Assembly (NCBI RefSeq): GCF_006345805.1
Contig: NW_021834902.1
Location: 1-44,253 of the forward strand
Source of the DNA: Octopus sinensis
Lineage: Eukaryota
Length of the DNA stretch: 44,253 nt
Direction of reading: 5' to 3'
Shown: in pieces, positions 12,500 through 24,344 of the stretch
How the letters are laid out: the number at the start of each line of letters is the position of its first letter
Position numbering within the stretch: position 1 is the first letter of the stretch
Made by a program: the position numbers and the translations under genes
Notes under the pieces: generated by a model
Told to the model about the DNA's origin: nothing
Database searches by the model: none
Seen by the model: the letters and a program-made list of their open reading frames with translations, nothing else

Positions 12500-13660
12500 G
12501 TGCAAGCATGTTTGTGTGGAAAGAAGCTTGATTATGAACCACATGGTTCTGGGTTCATCCCTACTGCATGGTATCTTGGGCAAGTGTCTTCTACTATAGC
12601 CTTGGGTTGACCAAAAGCCTTGTGAGTGAAACTGAAAGAAGCCCGTTGTGTGTTTATGTCCCTGTAACTTAGCAGTTCAGCAAAAGACCACCAATAGAAT
12701 AAGTACTAGGTTTAGAAACCATAGCAAATCAGACCTCACTGGTGCTGGTGCCATTCAAAAAACACCCAGTCCCAGTCTGTAAAGAGGATGGCATTAGGAA
12801 AAGCATCTAGCCTGAACAGACATTGGAGCTTGGTGCAGTGCTCTGGCTTACCAGCTGCTGTCAAAACTGTCCAACCCATGCCATCTTGGAAGACAGATGT
12901 TAAACAACGACGACAATGTGTGAGTCCCTTGACTGACTACACACTGAAGAAATCATAGATATATTGGTAGATGGAGGTGTGTGTTTCTGTGACTACATTT
13001 GTGGCTGAGCATGTGTTTGTGTCTTCCTTGTCCTGACATTGCAATATGTGTCACTGTTTGAAGCGGTGAGATGGCAGAATCATTAGCACATCCAACAAAA
13101 TGCTTAGAGGCATTTGTATGCCTTTATGTTCTAAATTCAAATCAGCCAAGGTTGACTTTGCCATTCATCCTTTCAGGATTGAAAAAAATAAGTACCAGTT
13201 GAACACTGGTGTTGATTTAATTAGCTAAGACCATGCCCCCCACTCAAACCTGCTGGCCTTGTGCCAAAATATGAAACCAGTATATGTCACTGTCGTACAG
13301 ATAGTGTCATTCCTTTCCAATCTTCCACAAAAACATGTCCAGTGATAGGGAATGATTACCTTATTTGGAAACAGGCAAGGTTTGGGGAAAGGAAGAAAAT
13401 CCAGTCATAGAAAATCTGCCTCAACAAAGGTAGCTCTATTTCAATAGAATTATGATAACTGGCTGGATGCCCTTCCTAACACTTGACTACTCTGCAGGGT
13501 GGGATGAATGCTTTTTATGTGGCACCAGCACAGGCGAGGTCAGTTTTGGCATGGTTTTTACAGCTGGATGCTCTTCCAAATGCCAACCACTTTGCAGTGT
13601 GGATTGGATGCTTTTTACATGGCACCAGCAGTGGCAGAGTTTCCAAGTAACTTGCAAGAC
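12500..13660. mobile_element. Cluster of old fragments: SINE A (~12500-12715 +), RTE 3'UTR (~12720-12915 +), SINE B (~13063-13280 +), RTE 3'UTR (~13455-13660 -)
   Basis: Similarity to better-preserved copies elsewhere in the window. Confidence 0.7.
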
Positions 13661-14431
13661 AAAGATCCTTTGAGAGGAGGGGGAGAATTGGAGGAGGTTA
13701 TCTTGTGTCAGATGATGAAAGGTTATAGTGAGACAGAGAGATAGAAACAGGTGTCTTGGTTTAGAGGAGGTACATGGTTACCCAGCAGCCAGATAGAGAG
13801 AAAGAGAGAGAGAGAGAGAGTGGGAGACAGCAAGAGTACAAGAGAGAGCAAGAGAGAGATGATGGCAAAGTGCCAGGTTATACTTGCAAGGAATGGGGAT
13901 CAGAACATAGAAAGGATGGTAAAGTAAGGAAGTGCGAGGTAAATGGTGGCAAGTGCCAGGGCATACTCTTAAGGTATGGGGGTCATAATATACATGGCAG
14001 GAAGATACAAGTAGGGAGTGGGGGTGGGAAATTCAGTGACTGGTGAGAACCTGGGTATATAGAGGGGGTGGGGAAAGCAATGATACAATGAACAGGGTAG
14101 TGAAGACAGGATGGGAAAGTGGGAGATAATCATAATGTATATCAAGAGAAAATATTCAGGAAGAGAAGAGATGGGGGGGGGAGGAGATGTAGTTTGATTT
14201 GTTGGGGTAGGCTATGTGAAAAGTTTATTGTTATGTGTGAGTGGAACACAAGGCTTCTAGAACTCATTACCAGCCTCATGGTTCCGGGTTCAGTCCCACT
14301 GTGTGGCACCTTGGGCAAGTGTCTTCTACTGTAGCCTTGGGCCAACCAAAGCCTTGTGAATGGATTTGGTTGACAAAAACCGAAAGAAGCCCGTCGTATA
14401 TATCTATACGTATATATATGTGTGTGTGTTT

Positions 14432-15205
14432 GCAAGTTTGAAGTTCGATTTTAAGAGTTATTTTTTCAAAGCTATAATGGAAGTGACAAAGGAGCATATT
14501 TGGCATATTTTGCATTATGAGTTCAATAAAGGCAACAATGCAACAGAAAGTGTGAGGAATACTAATGCAGTATATGGGGATCGGACAATAAGCCTAAGCC
14601 AGTGTCAATAGTGGTTCCAGAAATTCTGAGTCGGAAACTACAGCCTAGAATATGAGCCACGTCCTGGAAGATCTGTAGAGCTTGACAAGTATGTCCTGCA
14701 AACCTTGGTGGAACAACATGCTATCGTAATTGTTGAGGAACTAGCGGAGAACCCTGGATTTGGTCATTCAACCATTCATCGACACTTGCATATCATTGGA
14801 AAATTACCATTTTTGGTTTCAAGACGAAAGGTGTTCTATCAGGATAATGCTCAGTCACATACAGCGAGGATGACATTCCAAATGAAGGAGCAGTTTGAAT
14901 GGGAAATGATGCTCCACTCTCCATATTCACCAGACATTGCCCCATCTAATTATCATTTATTCTGCTGTCTTCAAAATCATTTGGACAGAAAAAATATGAA
15001 TTCTGTAGACGAGGTCAGAACAGTACTGGAGGAGTATTTTTCATCATAGACAAGTGAATTTTAAATGAGGAGCCTTGCAAGTCTAGTAGATAGATGGAAG
15101 AGCATTGTAGAATATGAAGGAGAGCTTAAAAAAGAACTTTGTTTATCTTAATTTTGAAAAATAAAAGAAGTATAAAATAACCACATTATTTATGGGATGA
15201 CCCAA
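14432..15205 (+). mobile_element. Defective mariner (DD34D-type) transposon with internal deletion
   Basis: MEVTKEHIWHILHYEF..WFQKF..PRPGR HTH region from 14477; QDNAQSH and HSPYSPDIAPSNYHLF with 34 residues between D and N; right end ..tatgggatgacccaa|TA; left end replaced by SINE A (~14265-14430). Confidence 0.9.
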
Positions 15206-15255
15206 TATATTTATATATATGTTTATATTTATATGTTTACCATCATGTGTTTCAG

Positions 15256-15424
15256 ATCCATTCACAGCTCTTCCCTGCTGTCACCACATGCTGTGAGACA
15301 CATGACTTCTGCTATGATATGTGTAACAGCAACAAGAGTGTCTGTGACTCAGAGTTCCAAGACTGCCTCAAGATGATATGTAAAAACATACACAAAGCCA
15401 CAGGTGGTACAGAGTTATATGAAG
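15256..15424 (+). CDS. PLA2G12A: Group XII sPLA2, coding exon 3 (catalytic CCETHDFCYDMC...CDSEFQDCL)
   Basis: Acceptor tgtttcag|ATC and donor G|gtaggt; 169 bp; sPLA2 signature CCxxHDxCYxxC with intact His-Asp. Confidence 0.93.
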
Positions 15425-15449
15425 GTAGGTCTAAAAGGCCAAGAAACAG

Positions 15450-16130
15450 TGGTCTTGTTTTCTATTATAATTCCTTTTACATCAAGTAAAATGTTTTATA
15501 GGAATATTAAGTCTACCTTAGTATTTCACTGCTACTTTATCTTATCAATTCCACAGTGATGAAAGGTAAAGTTAGTGTAGTCTTCTGTTATAATACCAAT
15601 CACATCTCAAATGTTTTATAAGAATATAACGTCTACCCCAGTATTTCACTGTTACTCTATTTTATCAAACCCCAGAACGATGAAAGGTAAAGTTAATGTT
15701 AGTCTTCTGTTATAATTCCATTGACATCTAGGATGTTTTATAGGAATGTTACATCTTCCCCATGTGAATGAAATGGAAAGTTAGTCTTCTGTTGTAAAAC
15801 CATTCACGTGTAGGAATATTAAATCTACCCCAGTATTTCACTGCCATGCCAGAAGGATGGAGGTTAAAGTTGGCCTTAATCTTCTATTATGATTCCATTC
15901 ATGTCCATTCATTGATAGGTGTATTTTATTGCTATTTTATTTTATAAACCCCCAGGTACATGAAAAGTAAAGTTAGTCTTAGTCTTCTATTATAATTCCA
16001 TTCATATCTAAGATGTTTTATAGAAATGATAAATCTATCCCAGTATTTCATTCCTACTTTTATTTTATCAACTCCAGAAGGGTGACACATAAGGTTACAG
16101 CCATCATTGTAATTTAAACTCAGAATGTAA
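15450..16130. repeat. Tandem array of ~80-125-bp units containing a SINE-B core
   Basis: About six units of tagtcttctgttataat.cca..cacatct...atgttttataggaat..ctaccccagtatttcact..tttatcaa.ccc.gaa.gatgaaaggtaaagtt. Confidence 0.75.
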
Positions 16131-16162
16131 AAAGTTATAATGAAACATCACAGATGTATTAC

Positions 16163-16980
16163 TTATCATCGTTTAACGTCCATTTTTCATGCTGGCATGG
16201 GTTAGATGGTTTGACTGGGGGACTGGCAAGCCAGTAGGCTGTGCCAGGCTCCAATCTGGCAATGTTTCTACAGCTGGATGCCCTTCCTAACACCAACCTT
16301 TCTGAGAGTGTAGTGGGTGCTTTTTACATGCCACTGGCACAAGAGCCAATCAGGCAGCACTGGCATTGACCACGTTCAGATAGTGCTTTTTATGTGCCAC
16401 CGGCACAGGAGTAAAGTCGGTGGGGACTGGCATCAACCACATTCAGATGAGTTTTTTTTTTACGTGCCACCGGCATGGGGAGCCAGTCAGGAGGCACTGC
16501 TCATTATGTACCACCGGCATGGGTGCCAGTCATGCGGCACTGGCATTGGCCACAACTACAATTTCCGTTTTGATTTCAAAAAGCAAACGACAAAAGCAAA
16601 TGATAACCTTATGGAAATGACAAAAGACTGAGATATTTAGTGCCTTGCTGTACTGAAGAAGACCCATCCTCCATAGCAGAAGTGCTAGTGCCACTCGTCC
16701 TGGTGAAGAGGATTGACCTGCAAGAGCCCTGTGCCAATGCCATGTAAAAAGTATTCATGCTTCTGCCATGTAAAAAAGTACCAGTACAGGAGTCATGTAA
16801 AAGGACCCAGCACACTCTGTAAATTGGTTGGCATTTGGAAGGGCATCCAGTTGTAGAAACCAAGCCAAATCAGACTGGAGTCTGGTGCAGCTGTCTGGCT
16901 TGCCAGCTCTGGTCAAACCATCCAACCCATGCCAGCATGGAAAATAGACACCAAAAGATGACGACGACGACAATGATAAC
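16163..16980. mobile_element. Two RTE 3'UTR fragments in inverted orientation (16163-16580 -, 16610-16980 +)
   Basis: catcgtttaacgtcc..catgctggcatgggtt versus ccaacccatgccagcatgg..gatgacgacgac; both match 32962-33470. Confidence 0.8.
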
Positions 16981-16984
16981 ACAC

Positions 16985-17295
16985 ACACACGTGGCACTTC
17001 TTCAGTTGCAATGATGTGGTTTCCAGTTGATCCGATCAATGGAACAACCTACTTGTGGAATTAGCATGCATATGGCCGAGTACTCCACAGACATGCATAA
17101 CCTTAACCTAGTTCTCAGGGAGATTCAGTGTGACACAGAATGTGACAAAGCTGGCCCTTTGAATTATAGGTACAATTCATTTTTGCAAGCAGAGTTGACT
17201 GGAGCAATGTGAAATAAAGTGTCACATGTTGCTGGGTATTGAACTCATGATCTTGCAATTGTGAGCTGAATACCTTAACCACTAAGCCACGTACC
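16985..17295 (-). mobile_element. tRNA-derived SINE family C
   Basis: Minus-strand head gtggcttagtggttaagg..gagttcaatacc; related heads at ~17690-17830 and ~22855-22915. Confidence 0.7.
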
Positions 17296-17423
17296 TTCAT
17301 ACACACATATATAAAACATGGAGAAATGGACATAACTGATGAGGAGACATGTATGTTGTTGTTTAGCCCTAGTCCTGATCTAGCAGACCTTTGCCAGATA
17401 GGTTCCAGCTGTCACTTCCATTA

Positions 17424-18984
17424 TGTACCAGTTACGCACTGGAGTTGATGTAATTGACTTAATCCTTTTGTCTGTCCCCTCTATGTTTAGCCCCTTGTGG
17501 GTAATAAAGAAATAGGAAACTGAAAGAAGCCCATCATATATATGTACGTGTGTGGTTGTGTACTGTAGACTGTTTGTCGTTAGATGGCATGCAAGGGTTC
17601 TGCAATTTCTTGCTGAACAACCACACATATTTGTTTATAATGATCAAATGTTTATAATCCCATAAGGTCACTCCCTCCATCAAATCGATAAGTGCATAAC
17701 ATGCCACATGTCAGATGACAAAATGATCACGCAGCAACATGAGCTGATGTGTTCTGGTCAAAGACACAGCACAGGCAGTTGAACCAGCAATCTTGTAATC
17801 ATGAGTACAACACCCTAACCACTAAACCATGCATCTTTACTTGTGTGTGTGTCTGTGATTATACCCCCCCCCCCCACCGCCTAACAACTAGTGTTGATGT
17901 GTTTATATCCCTGTAACTTGGCAGTTCAGCACAAGAAACTGATAAAATAAGTACTAGCCATTAAAAAAAAAATAAGTACAAGGGTTGATTCATTCAACTA
18001 GCACTTCTTTAAGGTGGTTTCCCAGCATGGCCCCAATCAAATGACAAACAAATAAAAGAGTAAAAGATATACACATACATCATACAAAGTATAACGAAGG
18101 GTTTAATTAATTTCATAAATTCCAATGTAACTACTATGTGAAATAACTGTTACTAAACGAAAGAAGCCACATTTGCATGGCCTTTAGTTATCTCCCCTGA
18201 CGCTTAAACGGTTTTGTATGGTTTCATGACTTGATCAACAAGCTGTCAGTAAAGTATCCTGTAAAGATTTCCCCCTATTTATTCAATCTGTTCAAATGGC
18301 TGAAAATTACAGCCAAACTCCTGCAAAATACACCCTGCTATCTTACAAAATGGATGGAAAGAGTAGAACTATTTCTTTATTACCCACAAGGCGCTAAACA
18401 TAGAGGGGACAAACAAGGACAGACAAAAGGATTAAGTCAATTACATCAACTCCAGTGCGTAACTGGTACATAATCTACTGACCCCAAAATGATGAAAGGC
18501 AAAGTCGACCTCGGTGGAATTTGAACTCAGAATGTAACGGCAGACAAAATACCGTTAAGCATTTTGTCTGGTGCACTAACGTTTCTGCCAGCTCGCCACT
18601 TTCTTTCAGTTTCCGTCTACCAAATCCACTTACAAGTCATAAGGTTATAGTAGAAGACACATGGTCGAAGGTGCCACATGGTGGGACTAAACCCGAAACC
18701 ATGTGGTTAGAAAGCAAGATTCATACCACACAGGCATGCCTGTGTCTAATATAGTGGTTACATATGAATTTATGAAACTGGTTTCAAATTTTGGCACAAG
18801 GCCAGAAAGTTTGGGGGAAGAGGTAAGTTGATTACTTCGATCTCCTGCTGCTCAACTGGTACTTATTTTATTGACCCTGAAAGGATGAAAGGCTAAGTCG
18901 ACCTCGGTGGAATTTGAACTCAAAATGATGAAAAGCCTCTAAACATTTTACCTGGTGGGCTAATTATTTTGTAAGTTTGCCACC

Positions 18985-19029
<45 letters not shown>

Positions 19030-19360
19030 GTTTCAAATTTTGTCACATTGCCAGTAATTTCAAAGAAGTGGGTAAGTCGATTACATTGACCCCAGTACTC
19101 AACTGGTACTTATTTTCTTGACCCTGAAAGGATGAAAGGCAAAATTGACAGCAGAAATTGAACTCAGAATGTAAAGATTGACAAAATGCTACTTAGCATT
19201 TTGCCCAGTGTGGTAACAATTCTAACAGCTTGCAGTTTGGCAAAAAGAGACTGATTGAATTGGTACCAGGCTTAAAAAAAAAAAAAGGTACTGGTGTTGA
19301 TTTGTTTGACCAAACTCTTCAAGTCAGTGTTTCAGCATGGCTGCAGTCCAATAACTCAAA
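17424..19360. mobile_element. Dense SINE A/B cluster (B: 17424-17515, 18370-18598 -, 18778-18985 -, 19028-19225 -; A: 17840-18065, 18600-18745 -, 19230-19360) with (AAT)n
   Basis: Diagnostic core and tail motifs of both families. Confidence 0.75.
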
Positions 19361-19399
19361 CAAGCAATTTGTGTGTGTGTGTGTGTGTGTGTGCACATA

Positions 19400-19905
19400 C
19401 AGGGTGTGTAAGATATTTGAGGAAATATCTTTTTTTGGGTCATTGCTGCATGTTTTGCTAACTTTGTAAAATCTTTGTTTCAGAAAATAATAATGGCAGA
19501 CCCTCAGCTTACTCAAGAAATGGAGAGGCATGCTGTTATTGTGGTTGTAAAGGTTGAGCATAGTGATTTAGAAATATCTCGATTTTTAAAAGCTGTCAGA
19601 TCTCTTTTGTCTACAAAGTTTGTAAGGAGCCAAAGACTGAAGATGGAAGCATATCACCAGTATCAAAGCATAAAAATCATTCTAAATGCTCTGAAATCAT
19701 TAGAACACCTGAATTTATCCAGCAAGTTCAACGGACCATTGATTACAATCCCAGAAAATCCATGAGGTCAATTGCAAAAGATCTCCATGTGTCAGAAGGA
19801 ACAGTCAGAAATGTTGTCCACAAAGACATCACAAAGACATAAGTCTTATATGATGAGGAAAGGTCAATTTGTCAGATCTAAAAGGCTCTTAAACTGAAAA
19901 ATCCA
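19400..19905 (+). mobile_element. Tc1/mariner-superfamily 5' fragment (maT/DD37D-like)
   Basis: TA|CAGGGTG terminus; frameshifted N-terminus including IRTPEFIQQVQRTIDYNPRKSMRSIAKDLHVSEGTVRNVV; catalytic domain absent, so the subfamily is tentative. Confidence 0.72.
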
Positions 19906-20110
19906 GTGTTTGCTGAATTTCTCTAGAGAACATTCTTTTCTTTGTGGTTAGATCATAGATGATCTTCTAGCATATTGGATGTCCACTTAGTGGTCATCCC
20001 TTATTATACGTGTATAGATATATATAGAATTAAATTAGAGATAAAACCAGTATTAAATCCTAAATCTAATTTTTCCTTGTAAGTTTGGATATTATTGTTA
20101 TTATTATTGT

Positions 20111-20166
<56 letters not shown>

Positions 20167-20325
20167 TATGGTTTTATCTGCAACTGTATGCTGCAGCAAC
20201 TGAAACAATTGCAATATGAAAGACACACAGGAATTCAAAAACACACAAAAACTTAAGTTTTGACACCAAATATTTAAATGTTTAAGTGAAGTTAAAAGTC
20301 TTTGTGTGTTTTTGATTGGTTAATG

Positions 20326-20956
20326 CAGTGGTTCTTAACTGGGGTCTGTATAAGATTTTGTTGTTCAATGCACAAAATATTTAAAAACTAGTCTGGGAAC
20401 CTTTTGATACCACCTTGTATCTCTACTCTGACAATACAACTACTCTCTGCCCCTCTTTCTCTCTGTCTCTCTCTCTTGCCTATCTCTTTTTATCTACCTT
20501 TCTTTAACTTCACCACCTAAACATTACTCTCTGCTAAATATTGTATCCTAAACATATCTCTTTCTTTTTACCTTTCTCTCGCCACCCTACCGCACATCAT
20601 TAACACTTCTCTCTCCTCTCTCTCATCTTTCTCTCTTGATCTTTCCCTCTCCCTTCAACTAACCACATAACACATTTGGCCTCAGTGTATTTTTCTTTTG
20701 TGCTGACACTCCTCCCCTCTCTTTTTCTCTCTCTCTCTCTCATTCCATCTCTCACTCATTCCACTTCGACCTCTCTAAATAATGGACAAACGAACAAGCA
20801 GATTATTATATAGATTTTAATACAATTCCTAATAATATTTAATTATAAAAATACAGTGAGATTTTTTTTTTATATACATTAAATGGTTATGGAGATCCAG
20901 AAGAGTAAAGTAGAAATAAAAGGGGTCTATAGGCAAAAAATGGTTGAGAACCACTG
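20326..20956. mobile_element. hAT-type MITE
   Basis: TIRs CAGTGGTTCTTAAC / GTTGAGAACCACTG (13/14 match); no matching 8-bp TSD visible. Confidence 0.7.
20388..20814 (-). mobile_element. Non-autonomous Helitron-like insert nested in the MITE
   Basis: Minus strand reads A|TCTATATAAT...CAGACTAG|T; CT-rich interior; terminal hairpin weak. Confidence 0.55.
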
Positions 20957-20959
20957 TAA

Positions 20960-21185
20960 TCATCATCACCATCATCATCATTTAACGTCCGCTTTCCATG
21001 CTAGCATGGGTTGGACGATTTGACTGAGGACTGGCAAGTCAGAAAGCTGCACCAGGCTCCACTCTAATCTGGCAGAGTTTATACGGCTGGATGCCCTTCC
21101 TAACTCCAACCACTCTGAGAGTGTAATGGGTACTTTTACGTGCCACCGGCACAGGTTCCAGGGGAGGCTGGCAACAGCCACGATA
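20960..21185 (-). mobile_element. RTE 3'UTR fragment with (CAT)n tail, ~80 bp upstream of the last PLA2 exon
   Basis: catcatcatttaacgtccgctttccatgctagcatgggttggacg. Confidence 0.85.
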
Positions 21186-21262
21186 ATGTGTATCTTATAT
21201 GCAGAAATAGTTTAGCTATATAACGTATTGTCAATTAATGTTGGCTTTCTTCTGTTTTTCAG

Positions 21263-21993
21263 GTTGTGTCAGCATAGCTGCCCTGGCATACAAGACAACA
21301 GTGGCAGTTGGATGTAAGACTTTCCAACAGTCCCAGAGCAATGCCTGCATCTGTGGTGGTGGTCCTGCTCATGATGATGTCCATGGAGACAGTGACAGTA
21401 GTAGCAGTGGTGGTGGTAGTGGCAGTGGTGAAGGTGGTGGTGGTGGAGGTGAGAGTTCGTCTTCCCAGTTTGTTCACACTTCCAAGAAAACTTTTGGTAC
21501 AAAGTCTCGCTCCTCAGGAGACTCTGTCCCTCCTGGTTCTGAATCATCAGACGAGACATTCAGGCAGGCATCATCATCATCATCACAATCGCCGCCAGAC
21601 CAAAAAGACAACAGCAACAATGGCGATTTCGGCAGTAAAACAGCAAAAGAAGCAATGGGTTATACTCAACAGGAGAATAATATGAAGGGACACAAGGTGT
21701 ACAATCATGCAGACATTGTACGAGCCAACATGCCACAGGGATCACCATCATCATCGCAAAATGAACACAGCACACGAGACAATGTCGCTGGGTCAAAGGA
21801 TGATGTCAAGCAAAAACGACGAGACAAGACGAAAGGGTCAAAAAATAACTTGCGACGCGGAAAAGATGACGATGACAATGATGATGATGATGACGATGAT
21901 GATGATAAATATAGAAATAATGTTGGGGGTAAGAAAGGGTATGGTAAGAAACATAACAAACCCAAAGGGACACGGCAGAAAGATGAGTTTTAA
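21263..21993 (+). CDS. PLA2G12A: Group XII sPLA2, last coding exon (GCKTFQQSQSNACIC + ~220-aa low-complexity tail ending KDEF)
   Basis: Polypyrimidine acceptor ttcttctgtttttcag|GT, phase 1; matches group XII LGCKPYLDSQRAACRC; open to TAA at 21991-21993. Total CDS 1197 nt. Confidence 0.88.
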
Positions 21994-22117
21994 GGAGTTT
22001 AGGGTGCCATGAATTGGACTTTGTATTTTTGTATATATTAATTTTATAATTAGTTTATATATATGTGTGTGTGTGTATATATATATATATGTACATGCAT
22101 ATACATACATGCACACC

Positions 22118-22158
<41 letters not shown>

Positions 22159-22334
22159 TGTACATACATATGTATATGTATGTATTTCTGTGTATATGCA
22201 ACTGTATGTTGAATATATACATATATATAAAACACACATGCACACATATATATATTTGTTAGACAGTATGGCAGAAAACAACATTCATATCTTGATATCT
22301 TAATATGTTCATCCCTACAGCTGTTTTGATAAGT

Positions 22335-22707
22335 CTTACATCACTGTATCGCTCTTTCTCTCTTACCACCACCTTGTTTCAAACACAAAATCTCGATTTA
22401 CAAAAACTCTAAACTTTCACATAGGGTTTACATCTTGTAATACCATAATAATATACTTACATAAACACAGGTGTGTGTATATGTGTGCATTGCCCCTTTC
22501 AGTCAGTCCACTATCCTGGATAATATTTAACATATTACATTATTGTTATCTACTACTGACTCATTTATGCTTTGATCTTTCTGCTGATTGGTGCATTCAA
22601 ATACCTAATGTATATGTTTGTTTATGTATATATGTCTTGATATGTGTGTCTATGTATTTGTATAGATAATTGAGCATGTATGTATGTATACACACACACA
22701 CACTCAA

Positions 22708-22738
<31 letters not shown>

Positions 22739-22752
22739 TATATATATAATAT

Positions 22753-22785
<33 letters not shown>

Positions 22786-22844
22786 CCCGTCCAACCCATG
22801 CTAGCATGAATAAATGGACGTTAAACGATGATGATGATAATGAT
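22335..22844 (+). repeat. Source copy of a local duplication (presumed PLA2 3'UTR + RTE tail)
   Basis: Nearly identical to 27504-27940, with about four substitutions in the first ~350 bp. Confidence 0.92.
22809..22814 (+). promoter_or_regulatory. Candidate polyadenylation signal of the PLA2 gene
   Basis: First AATAAA found by eye downstream of the stop codon; it lies inside a short RTE 3'-tail fragment. Confidence 0.35.
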
Positions 22845-23085
22845 ATATATATATATGGTTCTTTGATTAGCACATCGGGCTCACAATCACGAGGTAGTCA
22901 GTTCAATTCCCAGACCAGTATGTTTCCCTTGGATAACATTAGTGGTGTGGAGAAGGAAGGCTGGTATGCATGGGTAATTGCTGGCCTTCTACAAAAGCAA
23001 CCTTGCATGGACTTGTGCCTTGGAGGGGAGCTTTCTCAGTGCAATCCCATGATCATTTGTTAAAAAAGGTTTTTTTACCCTTTAT

Positions 23086-23151
<66 letters not shown>

Positions 23152-24344
23152 AAGTAGGTAAATGGTACAACAAGGCATCAATATTTGCTGGAAAATAGCA
23201 ATCGTAATAAATACAACACTATTGTATAGCTTCACTGTGTATATACTAGCAAAGACGCTATATATATATATATGAGTGGACACATGAAAGAAAGAGGCAC
23301 TTAATATATTTGGTAGGCATACATATAGTGACTTAAAACAGTTTGCTTTGACTCCATGCAACTTAATCACACAAACCTAGCTTCTTGCCTAAGCCTGAGG
23401 AGCTAGGTTCATGTGATGAGCTGTAACTTAGCAGTTTGGCTAAAAAGACTGATAGAATAAGTACCAGGCTTAGAAAATAAGTACTGGGGTCGATTCATTT
23501 GACTGAAATCCTTCAGGGTAGTGTCCCAGCAGCAGGGTTAGTCATATACAGCTGAGTGAACTGGAGCAACATGAAATGAAGTGCTTTGCATGTAAGTATT
23601 GCTCCAGTCCACTGAGCTGTTAACTTTGCAATGCATTGGCCTTTTGATCAAGTGGAACATTGGCCTACTTGCGTAGCCAGCAGGGTGCCATCATTCAAAG
23701 GCTAAAACAATGCAAAACACGTGACCAGTAATGAGTTACAACATCCTATAGTCTAATCAATACCATGATGTGTGCGTGTGTGTGTGCAATATGGGCTTCT
23801 TTCAGTTGTTTACCAAATTCACTGACAAGGCTTTGATCACCTAGGTAGTCGCAGATAACTGCCTAAGGTGTTTGGGATTGAATTTGAAACTAACAAATAT
23901 ATATGGTAATTTAAATTTGACTAGAGGGGAAACTTTTTCCTCTAAAGTGATTTGGTAATAAAGAAAAGGTTTCAGGCGGACCGTCTAGAGTAACCTCCCT
24001 TTGAATCTATGAATCTAAAATGCGCATGTGCACACACACACACACAGATAGATTCATAAACACATGTACATACATACATATGAGCACACATATTTTTAAG
24101 TGTATATGTACATGTGTGTGTATATGTATATATATTTCGTTTTTGGATTTGGTTTGCAAGATTCTTTATATGAGTTCGTGTGTTGAAGCATATTCTGTGT
24201 CTGGGGAGAGTCATTTTCTTTTTGTGCCAGTAAAATTTCCACTAATTTCTTATTTTTATTTTCCTAAAATTCTCGTTGCGTCTTGCAACCTTTTCAATAG
24301 TCTTGACTCTGTCCCTTATTTACACTGCGTTCCCTTTTGTTTGT

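Noticed and set aside
14477-15049. Domesticated SETMAR-like transposase (D,D34N)
   Set aside because: In-frame stops and deletion of the first catalytic Asp region; no SET exons.
15450-16130. Regularly spaced repeats as a CRISPR-like array (also 29019-29192)
   Set aside because: Eukaryotic context, no unique spacers and no cas genes; whole units are homologous.
597-21993. Calling the PLA2 a venom toxin
   Set aside because: Nothing in the sequence shows tissue or function; it is single copy here, and the KDEF end argues for retention rather than bulk secretion.
21259-22012. Overlapping alternative-frame ORFs on the last PLA2 exon
   Set aside because: By-products of triplet repeats in the real frame.
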